Made by a program: the position numbers and the translations under genes. DNA of 64,000 nucleotides from Patescibacteria group bacterium. GTDB lineage: Bacteria; Patescibacteriota; CPR2; UBA1875. Below the pieces are notes generated by a model. The model was not told where the DNA came from. It saw only the letters and a list, made by a program, of their open reading frames with translations, and searched no databases. Below, piece after piece: positions 18,226 to 27,953 of this stretch. Position 1 is the stretch's first letter; the number at the start of each line of letters is the position of its first letter. Location of the stretch: positions 118-64,117 of the forward strand of contig JBGSRK010000014.1 in assembly GCA_041737595.1 (NCBI GenBank). Reading direction: 5' to 3'.

Positions 18226-18807
18226 ATGGCAAATATAGGAATAGATTTAGATGAAGTACTTGCGGATTTTAATACATCCTTTATTGAATTTCATAATAAA
18301 AAATATAACTCAAAATTAAACCCAAATAATATAAAGGATTATTTTTTAAGAAATTTAGTTGATATATCTGCAGAAGAGGAAATGAAAAGATTGATTGAAT
18401 TTTGCGATACAGGTCTTTTAAAAACAGTTTCCCCCTTCCCAGAAGCCATAATAAGTGTCAAAAATCTTTTAAAAAATAATAATTTATATTTAATTACAGC
18501 ACGTCCAAATTTTATGGAAGAAGATACCTTGGAGTGGGTAGAAAAATATTTCCCAAACACATTTAAAGAGGTCATTATTACAAGTCATGTTTTGGATGGT
18601 AAAATTGAAAAATCAGAGGTTTGTCTTTCTAATAATATTAATTATATGATAGAAGATAATAGCTATTATGCTAATGAATGTGCTTCTTTTGGTGTCATTT
18701 CTTTTTTACTAACACGATCTTGGAATATCAATGATACTTTAAAATCGGGGGTAATTAGAGTTTCGAGTTGGAAAGATATTGAGGATAAAATAAATGAAAA
18801 TATTTGA
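18226..18807 (+). CDS. 5'(3')-deoxyribonucleotidase (NT5C, HAD family)
   Basis: DLDEVL, ITAR, K and IED HAD motifs. Confidence 0.85.
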   Translation: MANIGIDLDEVLADFNTSFIEFHNKKYNSKLNPNNIKDYFLRNLVDISAEEEMKRLIEFCDTGLLKTVSPFPEAIISVKNLLKNNNLYLITARPNFMEEDTLEWVEKYFPNTFKEVIITSHVLDGKIEKSEVCLSNNINYMIEDNSYYANECASFGVISFLLTRSWNINDTLKSGVIRVSSWKDIEDKINENI

Positions 18808-20011
18808 TGTTTGTGTAGTTGGTTCTGGACCTGCAGGGCTTATGTCTGCAATAACTGCTGGCAGTGCGGGACGATCTGTTATTCTTTTAGAAAAAAATGG
18901 AAAAATAGGCCGTAAAATTCTCGCAACTGGAAATGGCAGATGTAATATTACAAATAAGAATATAAATATTTCAAGATATCACGGAGGGGATAAAAATTTT
19001 ATCACTGAAGTAATAAATAAGTTTGATCAAAATAAAACTATAAATTATTTTGAATCATTAGGCATTTTATTAAAAGAAGAAGACAAGGGAAGAATTTTCC
19101 CAGTCACAAATCAAGCACAAACAATTGTGGATGCTCTTACACATGAACTTGAAAAAAATAATGTGAAAATAGAACTTCAAACTGAAGTAAAAAACATTGT
19201 AAAGGAAGATGATTTTATAATTACTCTTATTTCTGGTAATGTTATTTTTGCACGTAAATTAATATTAGCGACTGGTGGGAAAGCAGCACATCAATTTGGT
19301 TCTTCTGGTGATGGTATATTTTGGGCAAGAAATTTTGGTCATACAATTACTCAAATTCATGCAGCCCTTTGTCCTATTGAGGTAAACGAAAGTTGGGTTC
19401 GTGATATACAAGGGTTGAGAGTTGAAGCAAAATTAACTGCTATGGTAGATAATAAAAAAATTGCAGAATTTTATGGTGATACTCTTTTCACCCATTTTGG
19501 GATATCTGGCCCTGCTCCAATGGCATTTTCCGGGGATATATCACCCTTGATAAATAAATCTGAAATAAAAATAATAATAGATTTATTCTCAAATATAGAG
19601 GTTTTAGAGCTAGATAATAAACTGGAAAAAATATTTAAAAATGCAGGTAAAAAATCTGTTAAAAATTCCTTAAGTGGAGTTATCCCCCAAAATCTTGTAC
19701 CAATTATCCTTAAAATTATAGAAATTGATGAAAATAAAAAAGCCGCTGAGATATCAGCAAAATACAGAAAAAATATAGTTAATGCATTAAAAAATTTAAC
19801 TATCACGGTTAAATCAATAAGGCCCTTAAAAGAAGCACAAGTAACAAGGGGCGGGGTTGAACTTTCTGAAATTAACTCAAAAACACTTGAATCAAAAATT
19901 ATAAAAAATTTATATTTTGCAGGTGAAATTATGGATGTTGATGGAGACTCTGGTGGATTTAATCTTCAGTGGGCCTGGTCTTCAGGGTATTTAGCGGGTA
20001 ATAGTATTTAG
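18794..20011 (+). CDS. HI0933/YhiN/BaiN-family flavoprotein
   Basis: GSGPAG, GRKILATGNGRCN, ATGG, LFTHFGISGP, GGFNLQWAWSSG. Confidence 0.92.
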   Translation: MKIFDVCVVGSGPAGLMSAITAGSAGRSVILLEKNGKIGRKILATGNGRCNITNKNINISRYHGGDKNFITEVINKFDQNKTINYFESLGILLKEEDKGRIFPVTNQAQTIVDALTHELEKNNVKIELQTEVKNIVKEDDFIITLISGNVIFARKLILATGGKAAHQFGSSGDGIFWARNFGHTITQIHAALCPIEVNESWVRDIQGLRVEAKLTAMVDNKKIAEFYGDTLFTHFGISGPAPMAFSGDISPLINKSEIKIIIDLFSNIEVLELDNKLEKIFKNAGKKSVKNSLSGVIPQNLVPIILKIIEIDENKKAAEISAKYRKNIVNALKNLTITVKSIRPLKEAQVTRGGVELSEINSKTLESKIIKNLYFAGEIMDVDGDSGGFNLQWAWSSGYLAGNSI

Positions 20012-21366
20012 TCTAAATTATCTAAATATGGTTTAATAAAACTACTTCTAGATGGGTGTCTAAGTTTTAATAAAACCTTTGATTCTATTTGTCTTATTCT
20101 TTCTCGAGTAATTCCAAATATTTTTCCAATGTCATCATATGTATGAGTATCTTCTCCATTTAAACCATATCTAAGTTCTATTATTTTTTTTTGTTTATCC
20201 GTAAAATCGTTAAGTAATACATTTAAATCTTCTTTTAAGAGTTTTTTGATTACCAACTTAGCTGTATCCTCAGATAATAATTGTTCATCAACTTCTTCTG
20301 ATTCGACATCTAGTGGCTCTTCTGCCATATTTCTATAACTCTTACTTTTTGCAATTTCGAAGTCTCTAGTTGGTATGCCTTTAAATTTTCTAGTTTTATT
20401 ATCTTTAACTTCTTCTTTTATTGTTTCTAATCTAGCTCTTTCTTTATTTAAATTATCAATAAGTGGTATTAAATCACTAATTATAGACTTATATTCTTTA
20501 ATACGAAAGCTATTAGATAGTGCATTTCCAATAATAAGTTTATCCCTCCATCTGTTTATAATATCTGTGCAAGTCTTTTCGCGTTTTTCTCTTAATATAT
20601 CAAGTTTTCGTCTTGCTTTAGCTATCTCCTCTTTAACCTCAGCAGCTTCTCTTCTTTTTACAATAAAAGTTTTTTCTTTATCTGTTTTTAAATCTTTTAG
20701 TTTTTGTAATTTTTCTTGGTAATCTTTGAGGAGTATGTCCAGTTCTGCTTCAATTGAATTTTCTTCATCAAGAGAATCAGTATCTAAAATTTCTTGATAT
20801 AATTTAGATATATCATCTACATCAAGCTCTCCTAAATACGAACGTTTATTCCAAATTTCATAATTAAGTTTACGGGAAAGAACCTCGATTGCATTTTCCA
20901 AATCTTTTTCTAATATTAATAATTCTTTTTGTGCAGAAATTGTTGCATCGTGTTCTTGGACTTCATCAGATAAATTTTCATAATGTTCAATATTTATATC
21001 TGGATCTTTTTCAGTGTATCTTTTGAATGAATTCTTTATACTATAATAAATTTTAGAATATAAATTTAAATTATCTTCATTAATATTATCAAGTTCTTCT
21101 ACATATTCTCTGATTGCTTCAATTAATCCAGTAATTCCTAATTGTCTTAAATCTTCAACAAATTGAGCTTTTTCAGCATATTCTTCAACAAACTTGTCAA
21201 CTAAGGGTTCATATAAATAAATAAGACGATCAAGCGCCTCTTCGTTTCCAGCTTTTAACTCTTTTAATAAGGAAAATATAGTTTCTGAGTCTCTATAACT
21301 TCTTTCATTGCGTTTTTTTTGTGCTATAAAATCACTTTCGGTATTTTCTAATCCAAGATGTTCCAT
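20008..21366 (-). CDS. Atypical sigma-70 family factor
   Basis: Region 2-like segment (DLRQLGITGLIEAI) and RpoD-like region 4 (LRYGL...IGKIFGITRERIRQIESKVLLKLRHPSR). Confidence 0.8.
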   Translation of the reverse strand: MEHLGLENTESDFIAQKKRNERSYRDSETIFSLLKELKAGNEEALDRLIYLYEPLVDKFVEEYAEKAQFVEDLRQLGITGLIEAIREYVEELDNINEDNLNLYSKIYYSIKNSFKRYTEKDPDINIEHYENLSDEVQEHDATISAQKELLILEKDLENAIEVLSRKLNYEIWNKRSYLGELDVDDISKLYQEILDTDSLDEENSIEAELDILLKDYQEKLQKLKDLKTDKEKTFIVKRREAAEVKEEIAKARRKLDILREKREKTCTDIINRWRDKLIIGNALSNSFRIKEYKSIISDLIPLIDNLNKERARLETIKEEVKDNKTRKFKGIPTRDFEIAKSKSYRNMAEEPLDVESEEVDEQLLSEDTAKLVIKKLLKEDLNVLLNDFTDKQKKIIELRYGLNGEDTHTYDDIGKIFGITRERIRQIESKVLLKLRHPSRSSFIKPYLDNLD

Positions 21367-21478
21367 ATACCAAAGTATATTAGTTAAAGTAAAAATAAAC
21401 AATATTTAAAAAAAGAAAGACCCGCACTGTATGCGCGGGATCTCCCCTTATACATTAGTGCGGGTAGTGATTGAGGTG

Positions 21479-21841
21479 CTATGCAACCAGGGCTTCGTCT
21501 GGCAGCATCTTGATGGGTTTCTTCTCCCAGTGATCGCACTTAGGAGGTAGAACGAAGGTTGTGCAGGCTACACCTGGGCTCCTTGGGTTAAGGAGTAGAT
21601 AGTAGGTGTAACGTGAAAGCTGATGGTTCTTCCTTGTACGATCAAGGATCGTCTTTCTGACATTCTTGTGTCGCTTCCCCATATCGTGATGTGAAATAGC
21701 GACATGTACCTCCCGAACATCAGGTTTGTACAAGATAGTTGTCTTGACATTGATGTTTTGAATCTTCTGCTCCATTGTTGCGAGCATCTCCTCTGGCGAT
21801 TGCAAGAACAGCGCCTCCCCGAGTTGTGGATTTCCAGGCAT
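21479..21841 (-). CDS. Hypothetical protein
   Basis: 120 aa. The ATG directly follows the stop of the upstream small ORF. Confidence 0.5.
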   Translation of the reverse strand: MPGNPQLGEALFLQSPEEMLATMEQKIQNINVKTTILYKPDVREVHVAISHHDMGKRHKNVRKTILDRTRKNHQLSRYTYYLLLNPRSPGVACTTFVLPPKCDHWEKKPIKMLPDEALVA

Positions 21842-21940
21842 CTATCGTTTCTTACGTGGTTTAGTGGATGGAGGTGATTTGCCCTTCTTTTGTTTGGGTT
21901 TTTTGTTTTCACGACCTCCACGGTTTCTGGGATGTGCCAC
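21842..21940 (-). CDS. Small basic peptide, 32 aa, not in ORF track
   Basis: GTG start with SD AAGGAGG. Sequence MAHPRNRGGRENKKPKQKKGKSPPSTKPRKKR. Confidence 0.55.
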   Translation of the reverse strand: MAHPRNRGGRENKKPKQKKGKSPPSTKPRKKR

Positions 21941-21952
21941 TAGAGCACCTCC

Positions 21953-22330
21953 TTAGTCATACTCACTGCTTCTGATTTGATCGGCTTTCTCGGTTTCAAT
22001 CTCCCTTTTGCTGAGTATGCCCGACTTGTTGAGCAGTTCATAAGCATACTCGCCAATCAGATTAGATGCAACATCTTCAAGCGAGTTTAAGGGTGGTTTT
22101 TGATTGAGTCCATAATCCCTTATGTTCTCAATTGCAGAATCCTCTGCTTCGATTCCAGATTCCACCCGATCAATCCGCTCAATGAAGGATAGGAGATACA
22201 AACCTCCCTTATTTTCGACGCAGGCGGTCAGCATGATCATTTCAAGATCATAGTCCGAGTCCCCGATCATCTTTATGATATGGGTCATAATCTCGGTTAC
22301 TCTCCCTATTACCCATTCATTGACTTTCAT
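21953..22330 (-). CDS. Hypothetical protein
   Basis: 125 aa with SD AGGGGG, overlapping the upstream gene. Confidence 0.7.
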   Translation of the reverse strand: MKVNEWVIGRVTEIMTHIIKMIGDSDYDLEMIMLTACVENKGGLYLLSFIERIDRVESGIEAEDSAIENIRDYGLNQKPPLNSLEDVASNLIGEYAYELLNKSGILSKREIETEKADQIRSSEYD

Positions 22331-22781
22331 GTTCCCCCCTACTGTGTTTTGCCCTCTTGTGGATATTAGTGAAGTGTTCCAAGATCTTTTTAGAGACTAA
22401 AACGAGAAAATTATTAGTCTCTTTAAAGATGTCTGGATCGATAGCTTCACCAGCAATGAAGTCTTCGAGGGTTTCATGAAAATCAGTAATAGCATCGATT
22501 GGGTCTGGATAGTCCTCCTTGATTGCTTCGAGAACTTCGGAATACCAACCGATCTTCTTGGCGAGGAAGAAGCAAAGTGCCCCTTCATCTACTAGTAGGT
22601 CCTCTTCCAAGAGAAAAAGCCATTCGATGGTGTTTGATGTAGTAATAAGTATTTCGAGATGTTCGTCTACAATCTCATCTGCTGCACCACCGATAATGCG
22701 GGCCATTTCGAGGACCGCAAAGCCACTCTCTATATCACGTACGATTGATGAGGAAACGGTAACTGTTACATCGCTGTACAT
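22317..22781 (-). CDS. Acidic hypothetical protein
   Basis: 154 aa with SD GAGGT. Confidence 0.7.
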   Translation of the reverse strand: MYSDVTVTVSSSIVRDIESGFAVLEMARIIGGAADEIVDEHLEILITTSNTIEWLFLLEEDLLVDEGALCFFLAKKIGWYSEVLEAIKEDYPDPIDAITDFHETLEDFIAGEAIDPDIFKETNNFLVLVSKKILEHFTNIHKRAKHSRGEHESQ

Positions 22782-22930
22782 AGTACCTCACCTCATTTCG
22801 TATCATTGGAAGTTGGGTCTATTTTATTACAAAATATAAAAGAAGCAAGGGATACATATAAATATATTTAAATATTAGTTAGTAAACTATTTAAGAAAGA
22901 CCCGCACGTGTGCGAGTCAATCTTAATCGC

Positions 22931-23857
22931 TTAGTGCGGGCTAGAATCCGCCATCATTAGTGGCGGGAATGGGTATTCGAGCGTTGTAACAACTGGATAA
23001 TGGTCAGATGGGTATCTACCAGAACGACTGTATTTGATTATCTGCCCACCAGAGACCTTCCATTCTGGTGATGCAAATATCATGTCGATTCGTGGTCCGC
23101 CAGAACCAGTAAAACCATGGAATGTTCCAATGGGTTTATCTGATTCTTCGATACAATCACGAAGTAGGTCGAAATTTCTTGCAGACTCGACCGAGTTACT
23201 TCTAAGAACGTTGAAGGTTGATGAATCTGCTGATTCATTGAAGTCTCCGCCAAGAATAACAAGATTACCGTTGTTGTTATGCACCCAACTCGCGAGCATT
23301 CTGACTGACTCTTTTCGCGATTCACTTGATTCATGGTCAAGATGAGTTGAGGCAACTGCAATTGGTTGTGATTGAAATTCATCCCACAGCGTTAGAGAAG
23401 TGTAGCAACGAGGTATTCTATTCCCCCAACTTACTGATTCAGTAAGTTTAGGAGCGTTTGAAAACCAGAGTCTTTCCGTTGTGTTGACCTGAACTCTAAA
23501 TCGGTCTTCACGAAAGAAAATAACTGGGTATCCTCGCCATTGCTTCCCAATACCGGCTGTTGCGACTCGGTAACCTAGAACTTTTGATTTCAGGTAACTG
23601 AGTTGCATCGGGGTTGCTTCTTGAATCATGATGATGTCTGGGGCTACTTCTTTGATGACATCAACGACCATTGTTCTCCTGAAAAGCCAAGAGTCTAATC
23701 CGTCAAAAGCCATACTTGTTCTGATATTAAAGCTCATGACGATAAGCCCATCTCTTTCGGGCCAGACCATCGGTTCAGTTCCTTGTTGTATTCCACTCAA
23801 AGGTACTACTGCAATAAGCAGCAATACTATGGCTAAAAGCCTTAGTTTCCTGCTCAT
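22931..23857 (-). CDS. Secreted endonuclease/exonuclease/phosphatase (EEP) family protein
   Basis: Signal peptide, then SFNIR, QE, STHLDH, GDFN, RIDMI and SDH motifs. Confidence 0.9.
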   Translation of the reverse strand: MSRKLRLLAIVLLLIAVVPLSGIQQGTEPMVWPERDGLIVMSFNIRTSMAFDGLDSWLFRRTMVVDVIKEVAPDIIMIQEATPMQLSYLKSKVLGYRVATAGIGKQWRGYPVIFFREDRFRVQVNTTERLWFSNAPKLTESVSWGNRIPRCYTSLTLWDEFQSQPIAVASTHLDHESSESRKESVRMLASWVHNNNGNLVILGGDFNESADSSTFNVLRSNSVESARNFDLLRDCIEESDKPIGTFHGFTGSGGPRIDMIFASPEWKVSGGQIIKYSRSGRYPSDHYPVVTTLEYPFPPLMMADSSPH

Positions 23858-23937
23858 CGCTTACTCCTTTTCTTGGGAGATTGTGATGGTATTTTAAATT
23901 AATAAACCTACAAATGCAAATTAAACAATTTAAGATA

Positions 23938-25065
23938 TTATTTTTTATTATTAGATAGTTTATTTTCGTGACGTTTTTTAGTTCTCTTGCGAAGTTCTTT
24001 AATTAGTTTTCTAGGATCAGTTGGGACATACCCTCCACGAAGAACCTTTGAAAGATAAAACCTTGAAGAAAGATAGAATAAAAGTGCCAATGCAAGGATT
24101 GCAGAAACACTAACTAATATATTTTCTTTAAGGCCCGCTGAAGCAAGAATAGTGGGTGGGGTATCCCCTCCTCCAGTTTCTATTTCAGGTGTTTCTGGTG
24201 GCACCTCAGGTTGGTAGTTCCCAAAAATAAAATTTTGTGTAGAAGTGTCTGTAGTTACGTTATGTGAATCTGTTAAACCAGTTGTACTTTCCCAACCATC
24301 TTTAAGTATTTCGGTTACAGTATAATCGCCTTGATCAAGTTCAGTTAAAGTAGCTTGGCCAATTAAGTCAGTAGTTACTGTTTCTGAAACATTATTACCA
24401 ATTACTTTAAATTGCCAGCCCGAAAGGTATGACTCACTAGTTTCTCTTATCCCATTATGGTTTAAATCATTATATTTTCTTATGGTTAATGATATTTTTG
24501 GTGTCTCAGGTGTTTCGGGTATTGGCGTTGGTGCTGGTGCTGGGCGAATTCTTTTACCAACTCCAATAACTATGTTTCCACATGATTTTAAAATACCATA
24601 AGCCATAGAACCATCATAATTTTGGTAAATATATGCATCAATTGAAGTAGATAAAAAACTTACAGAAGGGTGACGTTTATAAAGAGGATAAGAAAGACCA
24701 GTTATCTTAGTAGAACCAGAGATGTTATGCCTACCCATGGTATATACATTAGTAGCAATAACCTTATTTGCAACAAGGACCTGGTTTGTCTTTGTTACTC
24801 TACCTTCTTTTAAATTTGGAATATCAGAAATATCAAACCCATATTTTTTAAAAAGTGCTTTAAGCTCTTTTGAGGTTTGATAAGTTTTACCGGTTCCGTT
24901 ATTTAATTTATTAGTTAGTTCAGTTTTTGTTAGTGTTCCACAATAAATTACTGAATTGCCATCACAATCTCTAGCTCCAGCAAATGCAACAGGTATAAAT
25001 AATGAAATATTTAAAAATATTACTAAACTTATTAAAGCTATTTTCTGAATATATATTTTGTTCAT
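23938..25065 (-). CDS. Cell-surface protein with one SdrD-B/Cna-B-like repeat
   Basis: Signal peptide, RDCDxNxVIYCG domain, KYNDLNHNG repeat, C-terminal TM and basic tail. Paralog of 47073-48947. Confidence 0.8.
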   Translation of the reverse strand: MNKIYIQKIALISLVIFLNISLFIPVAFAGARDCDGNSVIYCGTLTKTELTNKLNNGTGKTYQTSKELKALFKKYGFDISDIPNLKEGRVTKTNQVLVANKVIATNVYTMGRHNISGSTKITGLSYPLYKRHPSVSFLSTSIDAYIYQNYDGSMAYGILKSCGNIVIGVGKRIRPAPAPTPIPETPETPKISLTIRKYNDLNHNGIRETSESYLSGWQFKVIGNNVSETVTTDLIGQATLTELDQGDYTVTEILKDGWESTTGLTDSHNVTTDTSTQNFIFGNYQPEVPPETPEIETGGGDTPPTILASAGLKENILVSVSAILALALLFYLSSRFYLSKVLRGGYVPTDPRKLIKELRKRTKKRHENKLSNNKK

Positions 25066-25178
25066 TTTCCCCCTAAAATTATTACATATATATTATGTTT
25101 CTTTTAAATAATTATGTCAACCAATAAAGTAAAAAAGCACCGAATTTTAGCTCGGTGCTTTAATCTATTTTAAATATC

Positions 25179-25778
25179 TTATTTGAAAATTTTAAATTTC
25201 TTTTTTGGTGGTTCCGCTTTTGTTTCTGGTGTAACAGTTTTATATGGTTTTTGTTTATTTTGACTTGTTTTTGTATGGAGCGTAAACCTTTCAGATTCCT
25301 TATCTAAATCATAGAAATCATCTACTTCATTAATTAGTTTAGCCGATGTACTTTTCCCAAAAGATATTACTTCTGCTCGACAACCCTCTGCTTTAACATG
25401 GTGGAGAAGGTCTACATAATCTCCATCTCCTGAAATAAGAACTACTGCATCTAATTTTGGTGCCATCTTCAAAACATCAACTGCAACACCAACATCCCAG
25501 TCACCTTTTTTCTGCCCAGATACAAAAGTTTGAAGTTCTTTTGATTTAACTTCAAAACCAAGACCAGAAAGAGCATCAAAAAATGTTTGTTCTTCTGGCA
25601 TATCAGCCTTAATTGTATAAGCAATCGCTCTAATTAGTTTTCGACCAGAAATTGCTTCTTTTAATATTTCGCCAAAGTTAACTTTGTGCCCATAAAGTGC
25701 TTTTGCACTGTAATATAAATTTTGGACATCAACAAAAACACCAACTCTTTGATCGGGGTTTTTTAAATTATTTAACAT
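25179..25778 (-). CDS. NYN-domain (LabA/DUF88) protein
   Basis: VFVDVQN, KGDWDV, SGDGDY. Confidence 0.9.
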   Translation of the reverse strand: MLNNLKNPDQRVGVFVDVQNLYYSAKALYGHKVNFGEILKEAISGRKLIRAIAYTIKADMPEEQTFFDALSGLGFEVKSKELQTFVSGQKKGDWDVGVAVDVLKMAPKLDAVVLISGDGDYVDLLHHVKAEGCRAEVISFGKSTSAKLINEVDDFYDLDKESERFTLHTKTSQNKQKPYKTVTPETKAEPPKKKFKIFK

Positions 25779-25821
25779 TTTCCTCCTTAAATTTTATAAT
25801 AATATTAGAAATGTGGACTTA

Positions 25822-26169
25822 TTAAAAACTGAATTTTTCTGGCGGTAGATCAAGTGTTTGCCAATTTCCAAATTCATCTTTTTTAAAAACAGTTACTTTA
25901 TAAGAAAACTCATCTTCTGAAACAACAAATTCTACATCAGCGCCACCAGCTCCCTTATGATAATGGGCTTTTCTATCTAATATTTTAGGGTGAGAAGTTC
26001 TTTCAATTTTTAAACTTCCCAAGGGTGAATCAAATTCTAACGCTTCAATTTTTTGGGGAAGTTTATTCCCTATGTCATCTTCCAAAACATTGTTAGAGAC
26101 ATGAGATTCAAATTTCCCAAATCTATTTTCTATCTTATCTTTTAGATCTTGCCATCTTTCATCGTTCAT
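25822..26169 (-). CDS. Hypothetical protein
   Basis: 115 aa ORF within an operon. Confidence 0.75.
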   Translation of the reverse strand: MNDERWQDLKDKIENRFGKFESHVSNNVLEDDIGNKLPQKIEALEFDSPLGSLKIERTSHPKILDRKAHYHKGAGGADVEFVVSEDEFSYKVTVFKKDEFGNWQTLDLPPEKFSF

Positions 26170-26170
26170 T

Positions 26171-26779
26171 TTAAACCATATCTTTCTGAGCAGGTGCTAC
26201 TGTGAAATATTCTACTCCCTTATATTCTAACTTATTACCTACTTCAAGTCGAGTAATGGAAGCATTTCTAATTTCAGTTTTATTAATTTCAGAAAAATCA
26301 ACTAAGTTAGTTAGAACTTGAACTGCAGCTATAACTTCACCATGAGTTATTACAGCAATATTTTTCCCTTGGTTTTTTTTACTTATATCTTGAATAAATT
26401 CCTCAGTACGATGTAAAACTTCAGCTATTGGCTCACCAAACTTTAAAAACCTCTCTGGGTGGTTAATGTAAATATCAATTTGTTTTTTATTACGTTTATT
26501 TTTTTCAATACCTTCCCAGACCTTAATATTAATTTCTATCAGCCTTTTATCAATATGTACTTTATTACTTTCAGCAATTATTTTTGCAGTTTCTCTCGCA
26601 CGAAAAAGAGGGCTAGAATAATAAGAATTAATACCAATATTATTTAAGTATTTTTTAATTATTTGAGCCTGAAATTCTCCAAGCTTTGATAATTTAAAAT
26701 TAGGTAATTGACCATAAATAATTTTTTTAGGGTTAAATACTTCACCATGTCTTATAAAAAATATGTTTGTTTTTTTCAA
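26171..26779 (-). CDS. Histidine phosphatase family protein
   Basis: RHG, SSPLFRA, THG. Confidence 0.9.
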   Translation of the reverse strand: MKKTNIFFIRHGEVFNPKKIIYGQLPNFKLSKLGEFQAQIIKKYLNNIGINSYYSSPLFRARETAKIIAESNKVHIDKRLIEINIKVWEGIEKNKRNKKQIDIYINHPERFLKFGEPIAEVLHRTEEFIQDISKKNQGKNIAVITHGEVIAAVQVLTNLVDFSEINKTEIRNASITRLEVGNKLEYKGVEYFTVAPAQKDMV

Positions 26780-27921
26780 ATAATTCCCTCTACGATTTTT
26801 GTTAACTCTTCCGTAGAGATTGTATCAGATGAACCAATTTGGTAAAGTGCTTTATCTTTAAAAATAGCTTTTGTATCTCCAATTATCCAAAAGATGATTC
26901 CATGAAAGGTTTTTTCTGAATATTCCATGTTTGATTCCAAAACAAAATCATCAAAAATTTTTTCGTTAGAAATATTTGATTTTTCAATTAATATAGTAAG
27001 AGTTTTTGATTTATCTGGTAAATATTCATAAATATATGTAATTTTATCGTCTTTTGCATTGGTTTGATAATTTATCTCATAACCAGGAGGTATATATTTA
27101 GGTTTAGTATATTCAAACGATATATTTTCCTCAGCTTTTTTTACTGCTCTATCGGGGTTTATGGCATAAAAATTTACATATAAAACAAATAATATAAAAC
27201 AAAAAATAATGAAAAAAATAACAATTAATGTTAAATATATGCCTTTGTGTTTTTTTGGTGTTTTTTTTGAACTAGTTTTTTTATTTTTAGATGATTCAAC
27301 GAGCCCCTTGGCAAAAAAACTCTTAAGTGCAGTAGATTTTTGTTTCTGTTTTAGGGTGATATTTTCTTTACTTTCGTTAGTTAAAAGTGGAAATCTTTGA
27401 TCTTCGTTAGTATCTGCAAAATTAATAGTTACTTCATCTTTTGGTGTTGCAAGAGTTACTTTTGATTCTTCAATCATATCATCATGGGGTATTGGGAGCT
27501 CTGGTTCATCTATTGGGTTTGGTTGATTATCCATTAAATCAAGCCCATGTATTTTATCCGCTCTTGCTCTTTCATGTTTAATAATTGGATGATGTTTAGT
27601 TTCTTCTTTTAATTTAATTTTAGTGTTTCTTGTATTTGTAATTTTTGAGCTAATATTTTTTTGTTCTAAAAGAGTTTCTTTTAATATTTGATCAAGTGCT
27701 AAATTTTCAGCTTCTAAAATGTCAAGCTCAACTTCTTCTTCTTTAAGCTCTGGGCTTTCATCATTTTGAGAAATAATTTTTGCTCTTGGTGGTTCTGGAA
27801 TTTCGCTAATTTTTGGTTCTTCAATTTTATTAACTTCAAGAGCCTCTCCACAATTAGTGCAAAATAATTTTCCATTAATTTTTATTCCATCAGTCTCTTG
27901 TCCGCAGTTTTTACACTGCAT
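26776..27921 (-). CDS. Zinc-ribbon membrane protein (C-terminal DUF4367-like)
   Basis: CxxC..CxxC N-terminus, one TM helix, PKYIPPGY domain. Confidence 0.65.
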   Translation of the reverse strand: MQCKNCGQETDGIKINGKLFCTNCGEALEVNKIEEPKISEIPEPPRAKIISQNDESPELKEEEVELDILEAENLALDQILKETLLEQKNISSKITNTRNTKIKLKEETKHHPIIKHERARADKIHGLDLMDNQPNPIDEPELPIPHDDMIEESKVTLATPKDEVTINFADTNEDQRFPLLTNESKENITLKQKQKSTALKSFFAKGLVESSKNKKTSSKKTPKKHKGIYLTLIVIFFIIFCFILFVLYVNFYAINPDRAVKKAEENISFEYTKPKYIPPGYEINYQTNAKDDKITYIYEYLPDKSKTLTILIEKSNISNEKIFDDFVLESNMEYSEKTFHGIIFWIIGDTKAIFKDKALYQIGSSDTISTEELTKIVEGII

Positions 27922-27953
27922 ATTTAACCCTCCAGTTATTGCTTATATTATAG

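Noticed and set aside
21568-21921. 117-aa alternative ORF
   Set aside because: It conflicts with the SD-supported 32-aa peptide and the 120-aa ORF that follows it directly.
21413-22940. Integron attC sites
   Set aside because: There are no RYYYAAC/GTTRRRY ends and no integron integrase in the window.
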